Translations under genes and position numbers: made by a program
Shown here: piece after piece, positions 14,047-25,345 of the stretch
Numbering within the stretch: the first letter of the stretch is position 1
How the letters are laid out: each line of letters opens with the position of its first letter
Assembly (NCBI GenBank): GCA_951406725.2
Contig: OX597832.1
Span: 65,968,001-66,032,000, forward strand
Reading direction: 5' to 3'
DNA: 64,000 nt
From: Octopus vulgaris
Lineage: Eukaryota
Notes under the pieces: model-generated
Told to the model about the DNA's origin: nothing
Seen by the model: the letters and a program-made list of their open reading frames with translations, nothing else
Databases searched by the model: none

Positions 14047-15302
14047 GGGCTGGACAAAATAATGGAAACATCTAGCATCATAGCATCATAATTTTGAAAT
14101 ATCTATAAACCGCCAAAAGCTTGTCTATTTTTAGGTTTCTTGATTTATTATTAGTATTGCTTAAAGTTTTGCTAAAATTTCTGTTTCTTTTCAGATATCA
14201 TCAGAAAAATGTAATTAAAATTCATTAAAACCACAGATCTATCAGACTTTGAAATAGGTCAAATTGTTGGTGCTCGTATGACACGCGCTAGCATAATGAA
14301 AAGCAGCCGAAGTGTTTGGTGTATCAAGAATTACTGTCTCGAAAGTAATGACAGCGTTTGAAAAAGAGGGAAAAACCTCGTCGATAAAAAATCCGGAAGA
14401 AAACCAAAGCTTTCAGATAGGGTCTGTCAGACTATTACGGGAATTGTTCGAAAGGATCACAAAAGTGCAGCTCCCAAAATTATTGCAACACTTAATGACT
14501 ACCTCGAGACCCAGCTTCCCCAAAAACTCTTCACCAGAAGCTGCACAAAACCGGATTCACGGGACGGCTACAATCAGAAAACCACTACTTTCAAAAACAA
14601 ACGTTGCAAAGCGTTTAGAGTGGAGTCAAATCCTACTGAATTGGTCCCTAGAGCAGTGGAAGAATGTTATAATCTCAGGCAAGTCATCTTTTTCCTTATT
14701 TCCGACCACCGATCGAGTATACATGTGGAGACAGCCAAAAGATGCATTTGACCCAAACTGCGTTCTTTGAACTGTTAAAATGGAGGAGGATCTCTGATGA
14801 TCGGGAGGGCTATATCTTGGAACTCCACTGGCCCAATGGTTCCCATCATGGCAGATTTAATAGTCGAGACTATTCAAGAATCTTATCTGATCAAGTTCAT
14901 CCTATGTTTGTGGAACTTTTTCCGGAGGGAAATGCATCCTTCAGGAGGATAATGCACCAATTCACACAGCTAAAGTCGTCACTGAACGGCACGAGAGACT
15001 TTCTACTGAGGTTAAACATCTTATCTGGCCACTGCAGACACCAGATCAAAATCTTATTGAACATTTATGGTGCATTTTAGAACAAGTAAGGAGTAGATAT
15101 CATTCACCACCATCACTACAAGAACTGGAGACTGTTTTAGCTGAAGAATGGACAAAAATTACTTTGGAAACAATTCAAACATTGTACAAGTCCATACCTT
15201 ATAGAATTCAAGCTGTAATTACTGCCAAAGGCGGTCCTACCCCATAAGGAAGTGAATTTGTTTGAAATTTTAAGGTGTTTCCATTATTTTGTCCAACCCC
15301 TG
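14044..15302 (+). mobile_element. Tc1-family DNA transposon, full length, inactive
   Basis: TIRs CAGGGGCTGGACAAAATAATGGAAACA / TGTTTCCATTATTTTGTCCAACCCCTG; TA at the 3' end, CA at the 5' end inside a (TA)n tract. Confidence 0.93.
14232..15247 (+). pseudogene. Tc1 (DD34E) transposase, several frameshifts
   Basis: DLSDFEIGQIVGAR (paired-like HTH), WKNVIISGKSSF, FQEDNAPIH, WPLQTPDQNLIEHLW, KGGPTP*. Confidence 0.9.
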
Positions 15303-15355
15303 TATACGTACATACATACATACATACATACATACATACATACATACATGCACAC

Positions 15356-15866
<511 letters not shown>

Positions 15867-16206
15867 TAAGAAAGTTTGTTTGGTAATGATACCTTTTAGT
15901 GAGCACATTGAGAAATGCGCAAAGCAACTACTGCCACAATTTTTAATCTTCCCATTTTACCAATGTGCTTTCGGATCATCAACACAAATGAGACTGAACA
16001 AGGAAACATTCTTCATTGAAAAGTACAAACCCAGACTCAACCATCCGAACATACTGACACAGAGAAATTAACAAGGAAAAGGGAAAAAAATTTTTAAGCC
16101 ATTATCTCCCCTACACCGGACAAAATCACTCACTACCTCCCCTTATTTAGAAATCTCCTGGAAATAAAAACAACGATAATTCCATGCAATATAAACATAA
16201 CGTCAC

Positions 16207-16246
16207 AAGAAATTTGAAAAGCTACACGCGAAACCGGTAATTTCTT
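16207..16246 (+). ncRNA. Minimal type-I hammerhead, U3-A8 variant (family H2), 5' pseudo-LTR
   Basis: AAGAAAU-UUGAAAA-GC(UACAC)GC-GAAA-CCGG-UA-AUUUCUU; perfect 7-bp helix I, palindromic ACCGGU helix III. Confidence 0.8.
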
Positions 16247-16450
16247 TAAAAATTTTAAAATTATGTCATTTTAAGGAAAGGGGGAAAAAAATTTTTCCAA
16301 TATTCTCCAGACATTTTGACACAAATATATATATTTTTTAACATTTAAGCCTTCTGTCGTTTTTTCACACTTACTATTTTCTTATATATTCACCCACGTG
16401 CTTTACCAAACAAACTTTCTTATCTATATATTAAACACGTGAGAACGAAA

Positions 16451-17806
16451 ATGCCACAGAAGTCAAACACCTCGGACAAAACCTTAAATGAGGACATACT
16501 CAAAGAACTGAAAAATATTAATTCACAGCTTCTTAACCTGAACAACAAAATCGAGGAATCAAACTTACTCGCCCGGGAAAGTAAAAGCAATGAAGATGCA
16601 ACCCGTTACACTGACCAGGTGAGTAAGGATCTACAACTGTTATATACAACACTGAACTCAATTTTCATCAACAAATCCGAAAATAATACACAGGCACCTA
16701 ATGAAACACAGCAGGACACCATACGCACCCAAACCAACCCAACAAAAAGAAAAATAGGAAACGTTTGGAATACAAACCTGCACAACAGAAAACTCACCTT
16801 CTGGAACATGATAAAAAATTCCAACAAAGCAGATATCTACGAGGGATGGATAAACTCAACACCAATTATCCTCCCACGCAAATTCCAGATAAAATTAATT
16901 CCTAACGAGCCTGACGGACAGAGATCTATTAGAGAAAAGTCAGCTCTGTTCAATTTTAAATCAGAAATAGAGCTTCTAAGACTCAGGGCCTCCACAAATG
17001 AAGAAAAACTTAAAAGCATAGACGAGGAGATGCACAATCTAATACTAAAATATACCGAGGGACAACCCCTCGATAATACATTAGATCACTGGAAGGATTC
17101 CTGTGAGAGAGAAGAGAGAAATTCTCTCCTACGCTGGGAGAAAAACATGGACTTCTTCCAAAAATATAGTGAAACCTTCAAAAATGAGTTGGGTACAAAT
17201 AATCCCTTCCTTAAGAAAATTACAATAAATAAAAAAGAAAAACCTAACAACCCACGAACAACCCCCAACTATCCTCCATACACTAAAAACAGAAATCACC
17301 CACAACCAACCTTTACAAACCACGCTAGACCTAACAGGGAACTAGCTGAAAGAGGACGCGTCTATGAAAGAAATTACACCAAAAACAGAACAAACCAACA
17401 ACATCCTAATACCAGACCCAACCACCATACAGCACAATACGACACTAGGATAAGAAATACACCACACACAAATCACTACTACCCCATGAACCAAAACTAC
17501 TGCTCCCCACTAAACACAAGACAAACGCAAAGAAACACTATGTCAAGCAACATCCCACATACAAGAAGTTCGAAACAAAAATATTCCCCATACAGAAATT
17601 TTACACACACCACAAGCATTAACAACCATAGATTCCCACACACACACAACGATCGGAGGCAACAATACCACCACTCCCCCGACCAAATACCACACAACCT
17701 CACCGACAACTCATACAAACAAAATTACGCCCAACATTTTTTAGCCAGGGACCAGGGACACCAGGACACAGGCTGGAACCTAGTAATAAGGAAAAACCGA
17801 AGATAA
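16451..17806 (+). CDS. PLE upstream ORF1, 451 aa: coiled-coil/helical N-half and disordered N/H/T/R-rich C-half
   Basis: Uninterrupted 1356-bp ORF from the ATG just after the 5' pseudo-LTR; heptad-like LKELKNINSQLLNLNNKIEE; function unknown. Confidence 0.75.
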   Translation: MPQKSNTSDKTLNEDILKELKNINSQLLNLNNKIEESNLLARESKSNEDATRYTDQVSKDLQLLYTTLNSIFINKSENNTQAPNETQQDTIRTQTNPTKRKIGNVWNTNLHNRKLTFWNMIKNSNKADIYEGWINSTPIILPRKFQIKLIPNEPDGQRSIREKSALFNFKSEIELLRLRASTNEEKLKSIDEEMHNLILKYTEGQPLDNTLDHWKDSCEREERNSLLRWEKNMDFFQKYSETFKNELGTNNPFLKKITINKKEKPNNPRTTPNYPPYTKNRNHPQPTFTNHARPNRELAERGRVYERNYTKNRTNQQHPNTRPNHHTAQYDTRIRNTPHTNHYYPMNQNYCSPLNTRQTQRNTMSSNIPHTRSSKQKYSPYRNFTHTTSINNHRFPHTHNDRRQQYHHSPDQIPHNLTDNSYKQNYAQHFLARDQGHQDTGWNLVIRKNRR

Positions 17807-20066
17807 TCAATCTTTCAACCAAACCTCTTTCTAACATAAAAATTGACATCCTCGCAAAAGGGCTCAAATTTACACCAACTCCACGCAGAGCAAACCTAAA
17901 TGAACTCAAGGATAATATAACAGAATTTTGCAGAAAATTAAGACTAGCAGAAGCATCAAACAGTTTCAATACTGAAGATGAATCACTAGTCAAGAACAAA
18001 AGTGAACACATCCCACACAGAGGAAGAAATAAAGATCTTGACGAATTCTGTAACCACATTGAGAACTTCCCCTACCATACTATACATAAACAGAAAGCTA
18101 ACCCAAATTTTAACACTACACAATGGAAAGAACTGATAGAACTCCAAAATGATGAAGATATAACCATTAAGGAAGCGGACAAGGGAAATGCAGTTGTAAT
18201 AATGGATACATCATACTACAGAAATCTTGTAATTTCCTTGCTTGATGAAGACCTACATGATGAAAAAATTACCAACTACACCCCACAAAAATTAATGAAA
18301 ACTCTATCTTCACTAATTAGAACCCATGAAAAGGAACTGACAACCAAAGAGATTGATTTCCTAACAAACTTTAAATGCAAACCTAGCCTTTTCTATGGTC
18401 TGCCAAAAATTCATAAAAGACAAATTATAAATGAAACCATTAAAAAATCACCAAAGACATACATACACACACCTAATCCGGGGGACCTAAAACTACGACC
18501 CATTGTAGCTGGCCCAACCTGTGAAACACACAGACTAAGTCTACTTATGGACATCCTCTTGAAACCCTTCCTTAAACATATCGATAGCCATATCAGAGAT
18601 GACTTAGATATGTTAAACCACCTTCCAAAAAAAACCAAGGAAGAAACAATCCTGGTTTCATTTGATGTAGTCAACTTGTATACCAGTATACCTCATAATT
18701 ATGGACTGGAGGCAATACAATTCTGGTTAGACCAATTCCCGGAAGAAATACCAAAAGGATCAGTAAGGAATTCATTACTAAATCAATTGAATTCATCCTA
18801 CACAATAACCACTTCATGTTTGACAATACATTTTACCGTCAAAAATCCGGAATTGCTATGGGTACAAGGGCAGCACCAGTCATTGCGAACTTAACAATGG
18901 GATACATGGAAATAATCATTTACCAGGAATCTCTATCAATCTTTGGAAACTCCCTCTCTCAATACATAAAAGAGAATTGGAAACGATTCCTAGACGATTG
19001 TTTCATTCTCTGGAATGAAAACATAGATAAACTCCTAAAATTTAAAAACCTATTGAACAGCATAAACCCAAATATACAGTTCACAATGGAATACAACCAA
19101 AAGGAGCTCCCGTTCTTGGATATACTAATTAAAAATATTAACCTTAAAATAGAAACAGACATTTTTTACAAAGCCACAGACGCCAAACAATACCTTCTTT
19201 TTAATTCATGCCACCCAAGACACACTAAAACAAACATCCCCTTCAACCTTGCAAGAAGGATATGCACAATAGTGTCAGAACAAAATACCAGGAACTTTAG
19301 ACTGCAAGAACTCAAAAACACCCTAATTGACAGACATTACCCAGCTCAACTCATAGAGGATGGGATCAGACGTGCAACAGAAATCAACATAGAAACTTTA
19401 AGAAAAGTTTAACACAACAACACACCTTCCCCGAAAATACTACCTTACATATCTACATACAACCCCAGAAACAAAGAAGCCTTCACCATCATAACCCAGA
19501 ATTTACCAATACTTCATAAAAACCCAAAATTAAAGGAAATTCTAAACATACACCAAATCATTAAAAGCTACAAACAGCCTAAATCACTTAAAAAGATTCT
19601 CACAAAGGCAAAATTGTCTTCTAAAATTACGGATGCAAAAGTAAAAAAATGTGGTAGATCGAACTGTGCAACATGTCCTAACCTATTGGAAGGATCAGAA
19701 TTCTTCTTTAAAGAGGGACAGAAATTTAAGATCAAATCTAACTTTACTTGTGCCTCTGAAAACATAATTTATGTTATTAAATGCTCGGGCTGCCACCAAG
19801 GCTACGTGGGTTCCACGGGACTATCACTCAGGCGCAGATGCACACTGCATCGACAACAGATTGCATTCCCAGAATATAGAATGATACCTGTTAGTGAGCA
19901 CATTGAGAAATGCGCAAAGCAACTACTGCCACAATTTTTAATCTTCCCATTTTACCAATGTGCTTTCGGATCATCAACACAAATGAGACTGAACAAGGAA
20001 ACATTCTTCATTGAAAAGTACAAACCCAGAATCAACCATCCGAACATACTGACACAGAGAAATTAA
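17737..20066 (+). pseudogene. PLE reverse transcriptase + GIY-YIG endonuclease (ORF2), one frameshift (~18755) and one premature TAA (19410-19412)
   Basis: IINLS..KGLKFTPTP, IKEADKGNAVVIMD, FYGLPKIHK, LRPIVA, SFDVVNLYTSIP, GIAMGT, RFLDDCF, LPFLDI, SCHPRH, CGRSNCATC linker, NIIYVIKCSGC..YVGST. Confidence 0.93.
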
Positions 20067-20202
20067 CAAGGAAAAGGGAAAAAAAAATTTTAAGCGATTA
20101 TCTCCCCTACACCGGAAAAAATCACTCACTACCTCCCCTTATTTAGAAATCTCCTGGAAATAAAAACAACGATAATTCCATGCAATATAAACATAACGTC
20201 AC

Positions 20203-20242
20203 AAGAAATTTGAAAAGCTACACGCGAAACCGGTAATTTCTT
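20203..20242 (+). ncRNA. Hammerhead H2, 3' pseudo-LTR copy
   Basis: Identical to 16207-16246. Confidence 0.8.
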
Positions 20243-20401
20243 TAAAAATTTTAAAATTATGTCATTTTAAGGAAAGGGGAAAAAAATTTTTCCAATATTC
20301 TCCAGACATTTTGACACAAATATATATATTTTTTAACATTTAAGCCTTCTGTCGTTTTTTCACACTTTACTATTTTCTTATATATATATATATATATATA
20401 T

Positions 20402-21850
20402 ATTGTTATATTTCGGAATGGTCATATTGCCAGTTTAGCCAATAAAAACACACGCACTATATATTTGGTGTTATTTTGTTTCAGTGATATTTATTTTTTA
20501 CATTAATCTTAATCTTATTTCGGCCAAAGTTCTTTCGTCACACTCCTGTGACCGCATCAGTGGTCCTTTGTTTTCTTATCACTTACTTGTGTCTCTCCTT
20601 ACTAACCGTCAGCCATTTTGTATTTCTATTGTATGTCTTCATTTGCGCATGCTTATATCTCTATGTGCGTCTATGTTTATTTAGTGTGTGGGGGGGGGAT
20701 GCCTGTAATATTTGTATCTTCTGGTTATATACATTCTTGTAATTTGTATTTTGTTTTTGTTGTTGTTGCTTTTGTTCTAATTTTATTCATGTGTTTACAT
20801 CCACCCATTATTATCATTACATATGCTTGTATGTATGTATAACAACAATATTAGTAATAATAATAATAAATCTAATCGAGAAAAAAAAAAAAAAAAAAAA
20901 AATATACATATACATATATATATATATACATACATATACATATATATATATATATATATATACATATATACACACATATATACACATATACATATACATA
21001 TATATACACATATACATATATATAGATATTCATTTCTATTTCTTTAATTACCTGTGTATTTATTATGTTTGCAGGATCCACTATTGTCATATGTTGTGGT
21101 GTGCGCTATTGCTCCATTCTAGTTTTCTATTCAGGCTAGGTTTATTTTCTATTATATGTGTAGCTTCTGTAATTTGTCTAATTGTTGCATCTGTTCTATG
21201 TGTGGACAATATCTTAATCTCTATGTTATTGATTGATCCCCCGTGTTCTTGTTCGGCGTGTTGGTACAGAATCGATGAGCTTTTACCTTCCTTGAGTTGT
21301 CTCCAATGTTCATTCACCCGCTCACCAATGCTTCTTGCAGTTTCCCCTACGTATGTTACTGTCTTGTTACTGCATCGTCCCTCTATACATCTTATACTAT
21401 AGACCACATTTCTGGTCTATAGTATGAGATGTATAGAGGGACGATGCAGTAACAAGACAGTAACATACGTAGGGGAAACTGCAAGAAGCATTGGTGAGCG
21501 GGTGAATGAACATTGGAGACAACTCAAGGAAGGTAAAAGCTCATCGATTCTGTACCAACACGCCGAACAAGAACACGGGGGATCAATCAATAACATAGAG
21601 ATTAAGATATTGTCCACACATAGAACAGATGCAACAATTAGACAAATTACAGAAGCTACACATATAATAGAAAATAAACCTAGCCTGAATAGAAAACTAG
21701 AATGGAGCAATAGCGCACACCACAACATATGACAATAGTGGATCCTGCAAACATAATAAATACACAGGTAATTAAAGAAATAGAAATGAATATCTATATA
21801 TATGTATATGTGTATATATATGTATATGTATATGTGTATATATGTGTGTA

Positions 21851-21881
<31 letters not shown>

Positions 21882-22536
21882 TGATCAAAATAAAAATAAA
21901 AACATGAGGCAAAGGATTCACCACCAAACGGTATACACAGGTGCTTATAATTATCAAGTACTCACCCCGAATTTCTATATATATATATATGTATATGTAT
22001 ATGTATGTATATATATATATATATGTATATGTATATTCTTTTTTTTTTTTTTTTTCTCGATTAGATTTATTATTATTATTACTAATATTGTTGTTATACA
22101 TACATACAAGCATATGTAATGATAATAATGGGTGGATGTAAACACATGAATAAAATTAGAACAAAAGCAACAACAACAAAAACAAAATACAAATTACAAG
22201 AATGTATATAACCAGAAGATACAAATATTACAGGCATCCCCCCCCCACGCACTAAATAAACATAGACGCACATAGAGATATAAGCATGCGCAAATGAAGA
22301 CATACAATAGAAATACAAAATGGCTGACGGTTAGTAAGGAGAGACACAAGTAAGTGAGAAGAAAACAAAGGACCACTGATGCGGTCACAGGAGTGTGACG
22401 AAAGAACTTTGGCCGAAATAAGATTAAGATTAATGTAAAAAATAAATATCACTGAAGCAAAATAACACCAAATATATAGTGCGTGTGTTTTTATTGGCTA
22501 AACTGGCAATATGACCATTCCGAAATATAACAATAT
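20402..22536. mobile_element. 2.1-kb fold-back of a second PLE 3' end (two inverted GIY-YIG + 3' UTR arms)
   Basis: Arms 20402-21406 and 21413-22536 are reverse complements with a 6-nt spacer (catttc); each encodes [43 protein letters not shown]. Confidence 0.93.
22370..22414 (+). ncRNA. Atypical hammerhead-like motif (family H3); mirror copy at 20522-20566 (-)
   Basis: GGACCA-CUGAUGCG-GUCACA(GGAG)UGUGAC-GAAA-GAAC-UU-UGGCC; position 9 is C rather than A. Confidence 0.55.
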
Positions 22537-22589
22537 CTGTTTCAACACACGACTTCACATAAAAAATCTTGCACAACAAATATTTAAAC

Positions 22590-22634
<45 letters not shown>

Positions 22635-24739
22635 TTTATATGTATATATATGTATGTATATGTATATATGTATGTATGTACGTATGTATGTATGTATGTA
22701 TGGGTATATTTGTATATATACATGAAAAGAGAGCGAGAGAAAACTGACAGAAATAGAAGCAAACAGACAAACAGACAGACAGATAGAGAAGTAGAGAGAG
22801 AGAGAGAGAGAAAGAGGGATCTGTAGAGACAACTCCAAATTATAAATTTTACTGTGGGCGTAACTCGAATTACTAAAGACTTAACAATGTTACAGTAAAA
22901 TACCGATCTTATAACTCTTGGGATATTAGATGTTTGGGAGAGAAGGAGTCGGAAGGAATAAGTAGAACAAGGGTTATTGCGGAGGTCTTTTGTACTTTGC
23001 AAAATAAGAGAACTCAAATTATATTGCCAATTTAAATAGGACTAAAAGGGTGTTTTTGAGGACATGAATAATATAATTAAAAGAACACGAAGTATATTTT
23101 ATTGTGAAATGAGATTCTTCTCATGGATTTATACATATATAAATATATATATTTATACATATATATACATATATATATATATGCATACATATATAAATAT
23201 ACATATATACATATATATGCATACATGTATATAATATATATATATATATCTGTCTATCTATCTATTTAACTATCTATCTATGTATGTATATATATCCATA
23301 TATAGAGATATATAGATAGATAGACAGACTGATATATATATTATATACTCCATACATATATATATATATATATGTATATATGTACACATATGTCTGTATA
23401 TATATACACATAAATAAATATATATAAATTATATTCATATATATGCGTATATGTATATTGCATTGCGTGTCACAGTTAGAATGCTGAACACTATTATTTA
23501 TGAAACATGCTATTTTCCATTTCTTTTTCTCTGTGATATCCTCGAAACTATTGCAAAACAAGTATCTGTTGAATGAATTATAAACTAGGCGTCACTTAAT
23601 TAAAGAGATTTACTATGGTATCAGTACACATTTATGCTAATGTTGTTTCATTCCCTGTCTTCCAAATTGTCTCATTCTGTTACAAAACGTTTAGTCTTAA
23701 GGGAAGAAACACTTATAATGTGTTACGTCCAGTATTTTGGTTGTGAAATTTAAGAGACAAATTTAACATCTATGAAGGTTGATGCTAAACATCGGCATTT
23801 AAAATGCCGGTAATGTATTGAAATTCTCACTTAGTTCTTTAGTGGAATGAATAATGCAACTGTCCTTATACATTTCGAAGTGGAATATATAATAAAAATA
23901 TAAAACTGAAGGTTGAGATGAGTAAGATAAAGGAAAAAATAGAAAAACAGTAAAAATTGTAGTTAAATCTGAGATTAACATATCATCAGGAAATTAATAA
24001 TACTTGAAGAAACGGCTGAAATATATACATTTGGTCTTCAGTTAAAAAAAAAATTAAAATTAGATTAATATCTTATGTGGATGGATGTGTTCAATGTTAT
24101 GTCCGATATTTGATTCGATTTGCTAAATTAACTTTCTAAATATTACAGGTTGGTCGCATTCACATTAAACTCATATAAATATATATGTGATGTAATGGTA
24201 ATAAACTGCTTTTAAGTTTGACATCTACAGCTTTTCAAAACCGCACAGAGATAAAAACGTTGTCGTAAAAATTAGATTTGTAGCAGAAGATTTAAAGTCA
24301 CGTTTAGTAAGGTATTAAATAGTAACATATGCCCGGGCAAGCGTATTTTATGTTAAAATGATAACATTGGTTGAAATCTTTGTAGAATGCAATAATATTC
24401 GGAGAAGAAATCACTTTAGAAATTAAAAAAAATAATACAGCTGAAATTTCGGGTGGGAGTTACTCTAACACTTTGACGACATCATTTGGAAATAATTGAT
24501 TTTAGCCTGAAATTTGTAGGCTTTCTTTGTGAGGTAATGTCACAGAGTAATTGGAAAAGTATCGCGATTGCAATAAGCAGCAAAACTTTTGAAATGTTCT
24601 CTACGAATCTCAATGAACGTGCCATAGGCCACAACCAAATGCACTCGCGAACGGTGAAAAATTTGCATCCTAGTACTTTGGAGATTTTCTGACAATTTCG
24701 TGGAGATCTCCAAATGAAAAAGAATATACAAGGTATATT

Positions 24740-24892
24740 CTTTTCTATTCTAGGCACAAGGCCCGAAATTTTTTTGGGGGGACCAGTCGGTTAGATCGAC
24801 CCTAGCACGCAACTGGTACTAAATTTATCAATCGCGAAGGGATGAAAGGCAAAGTCGACCTCGGTGTAATATGAACTCCGAATGCAAAGACA
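24740..24892 (-). mobile_element. SINE family A
   Basis: ggcacaaggcccgaaattt..ttagatcgaccctagcacgcaactggtact..ggatgaaaggcaaagtcgacctcgg. Confidence 0.8.
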
Positions 24893-25186
24893 ATGTTATA
24901 TTATCTCTCTCAGGAGATTATATAAAGTATTGCTGAAAATCATTGCCCGATTAAAGGATACATCTAACTCATATATATATAAGTACCTACCTCTTTTCAG
25001 TATGTTGATCCAAAAAATAACAGAATCTGGAATGTTTTAACTCTCTTAGTTTTAACTAAGGCGACGGAGAACATTCACATTATTTCTAGATACACATCAT
25101 CATCCTCATAATCATCATCCTCACTATTGCTGTTGTTGCTTTTATTATTGTTATTGTTGTTATCATTATCGTCGTGAATATTATTA

Positions 25187-25345
25187 AGGCGGCGGGCTGG
25201 TAGAATCAGCACGGCACCTCATCCGTGGTTGGCATTACCTTTCATCCTTTAGGGGCTTGTAATTAAGCACAATTCAAATAATTGTGTTGATATAATCGAG
25301 AAGACCAGTGCCGCCAAATTTTCAAGCGTTGTCCCATCAGTGGAA
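25187..25345 (+). mobile_element. SINE family A, diverged
   Basis: Head aaggcggcgggctggtagaatc and cctttcatcctttagggg. Confidence 0.55.

Noticed and set aside
18745-18765. Second programmed frameshift inside RT
   Set aside because: It looks like a 1-nt loss in an A run in the middle of the RT domain with no stimulatory context, so a mutation or sequencing error is simpler
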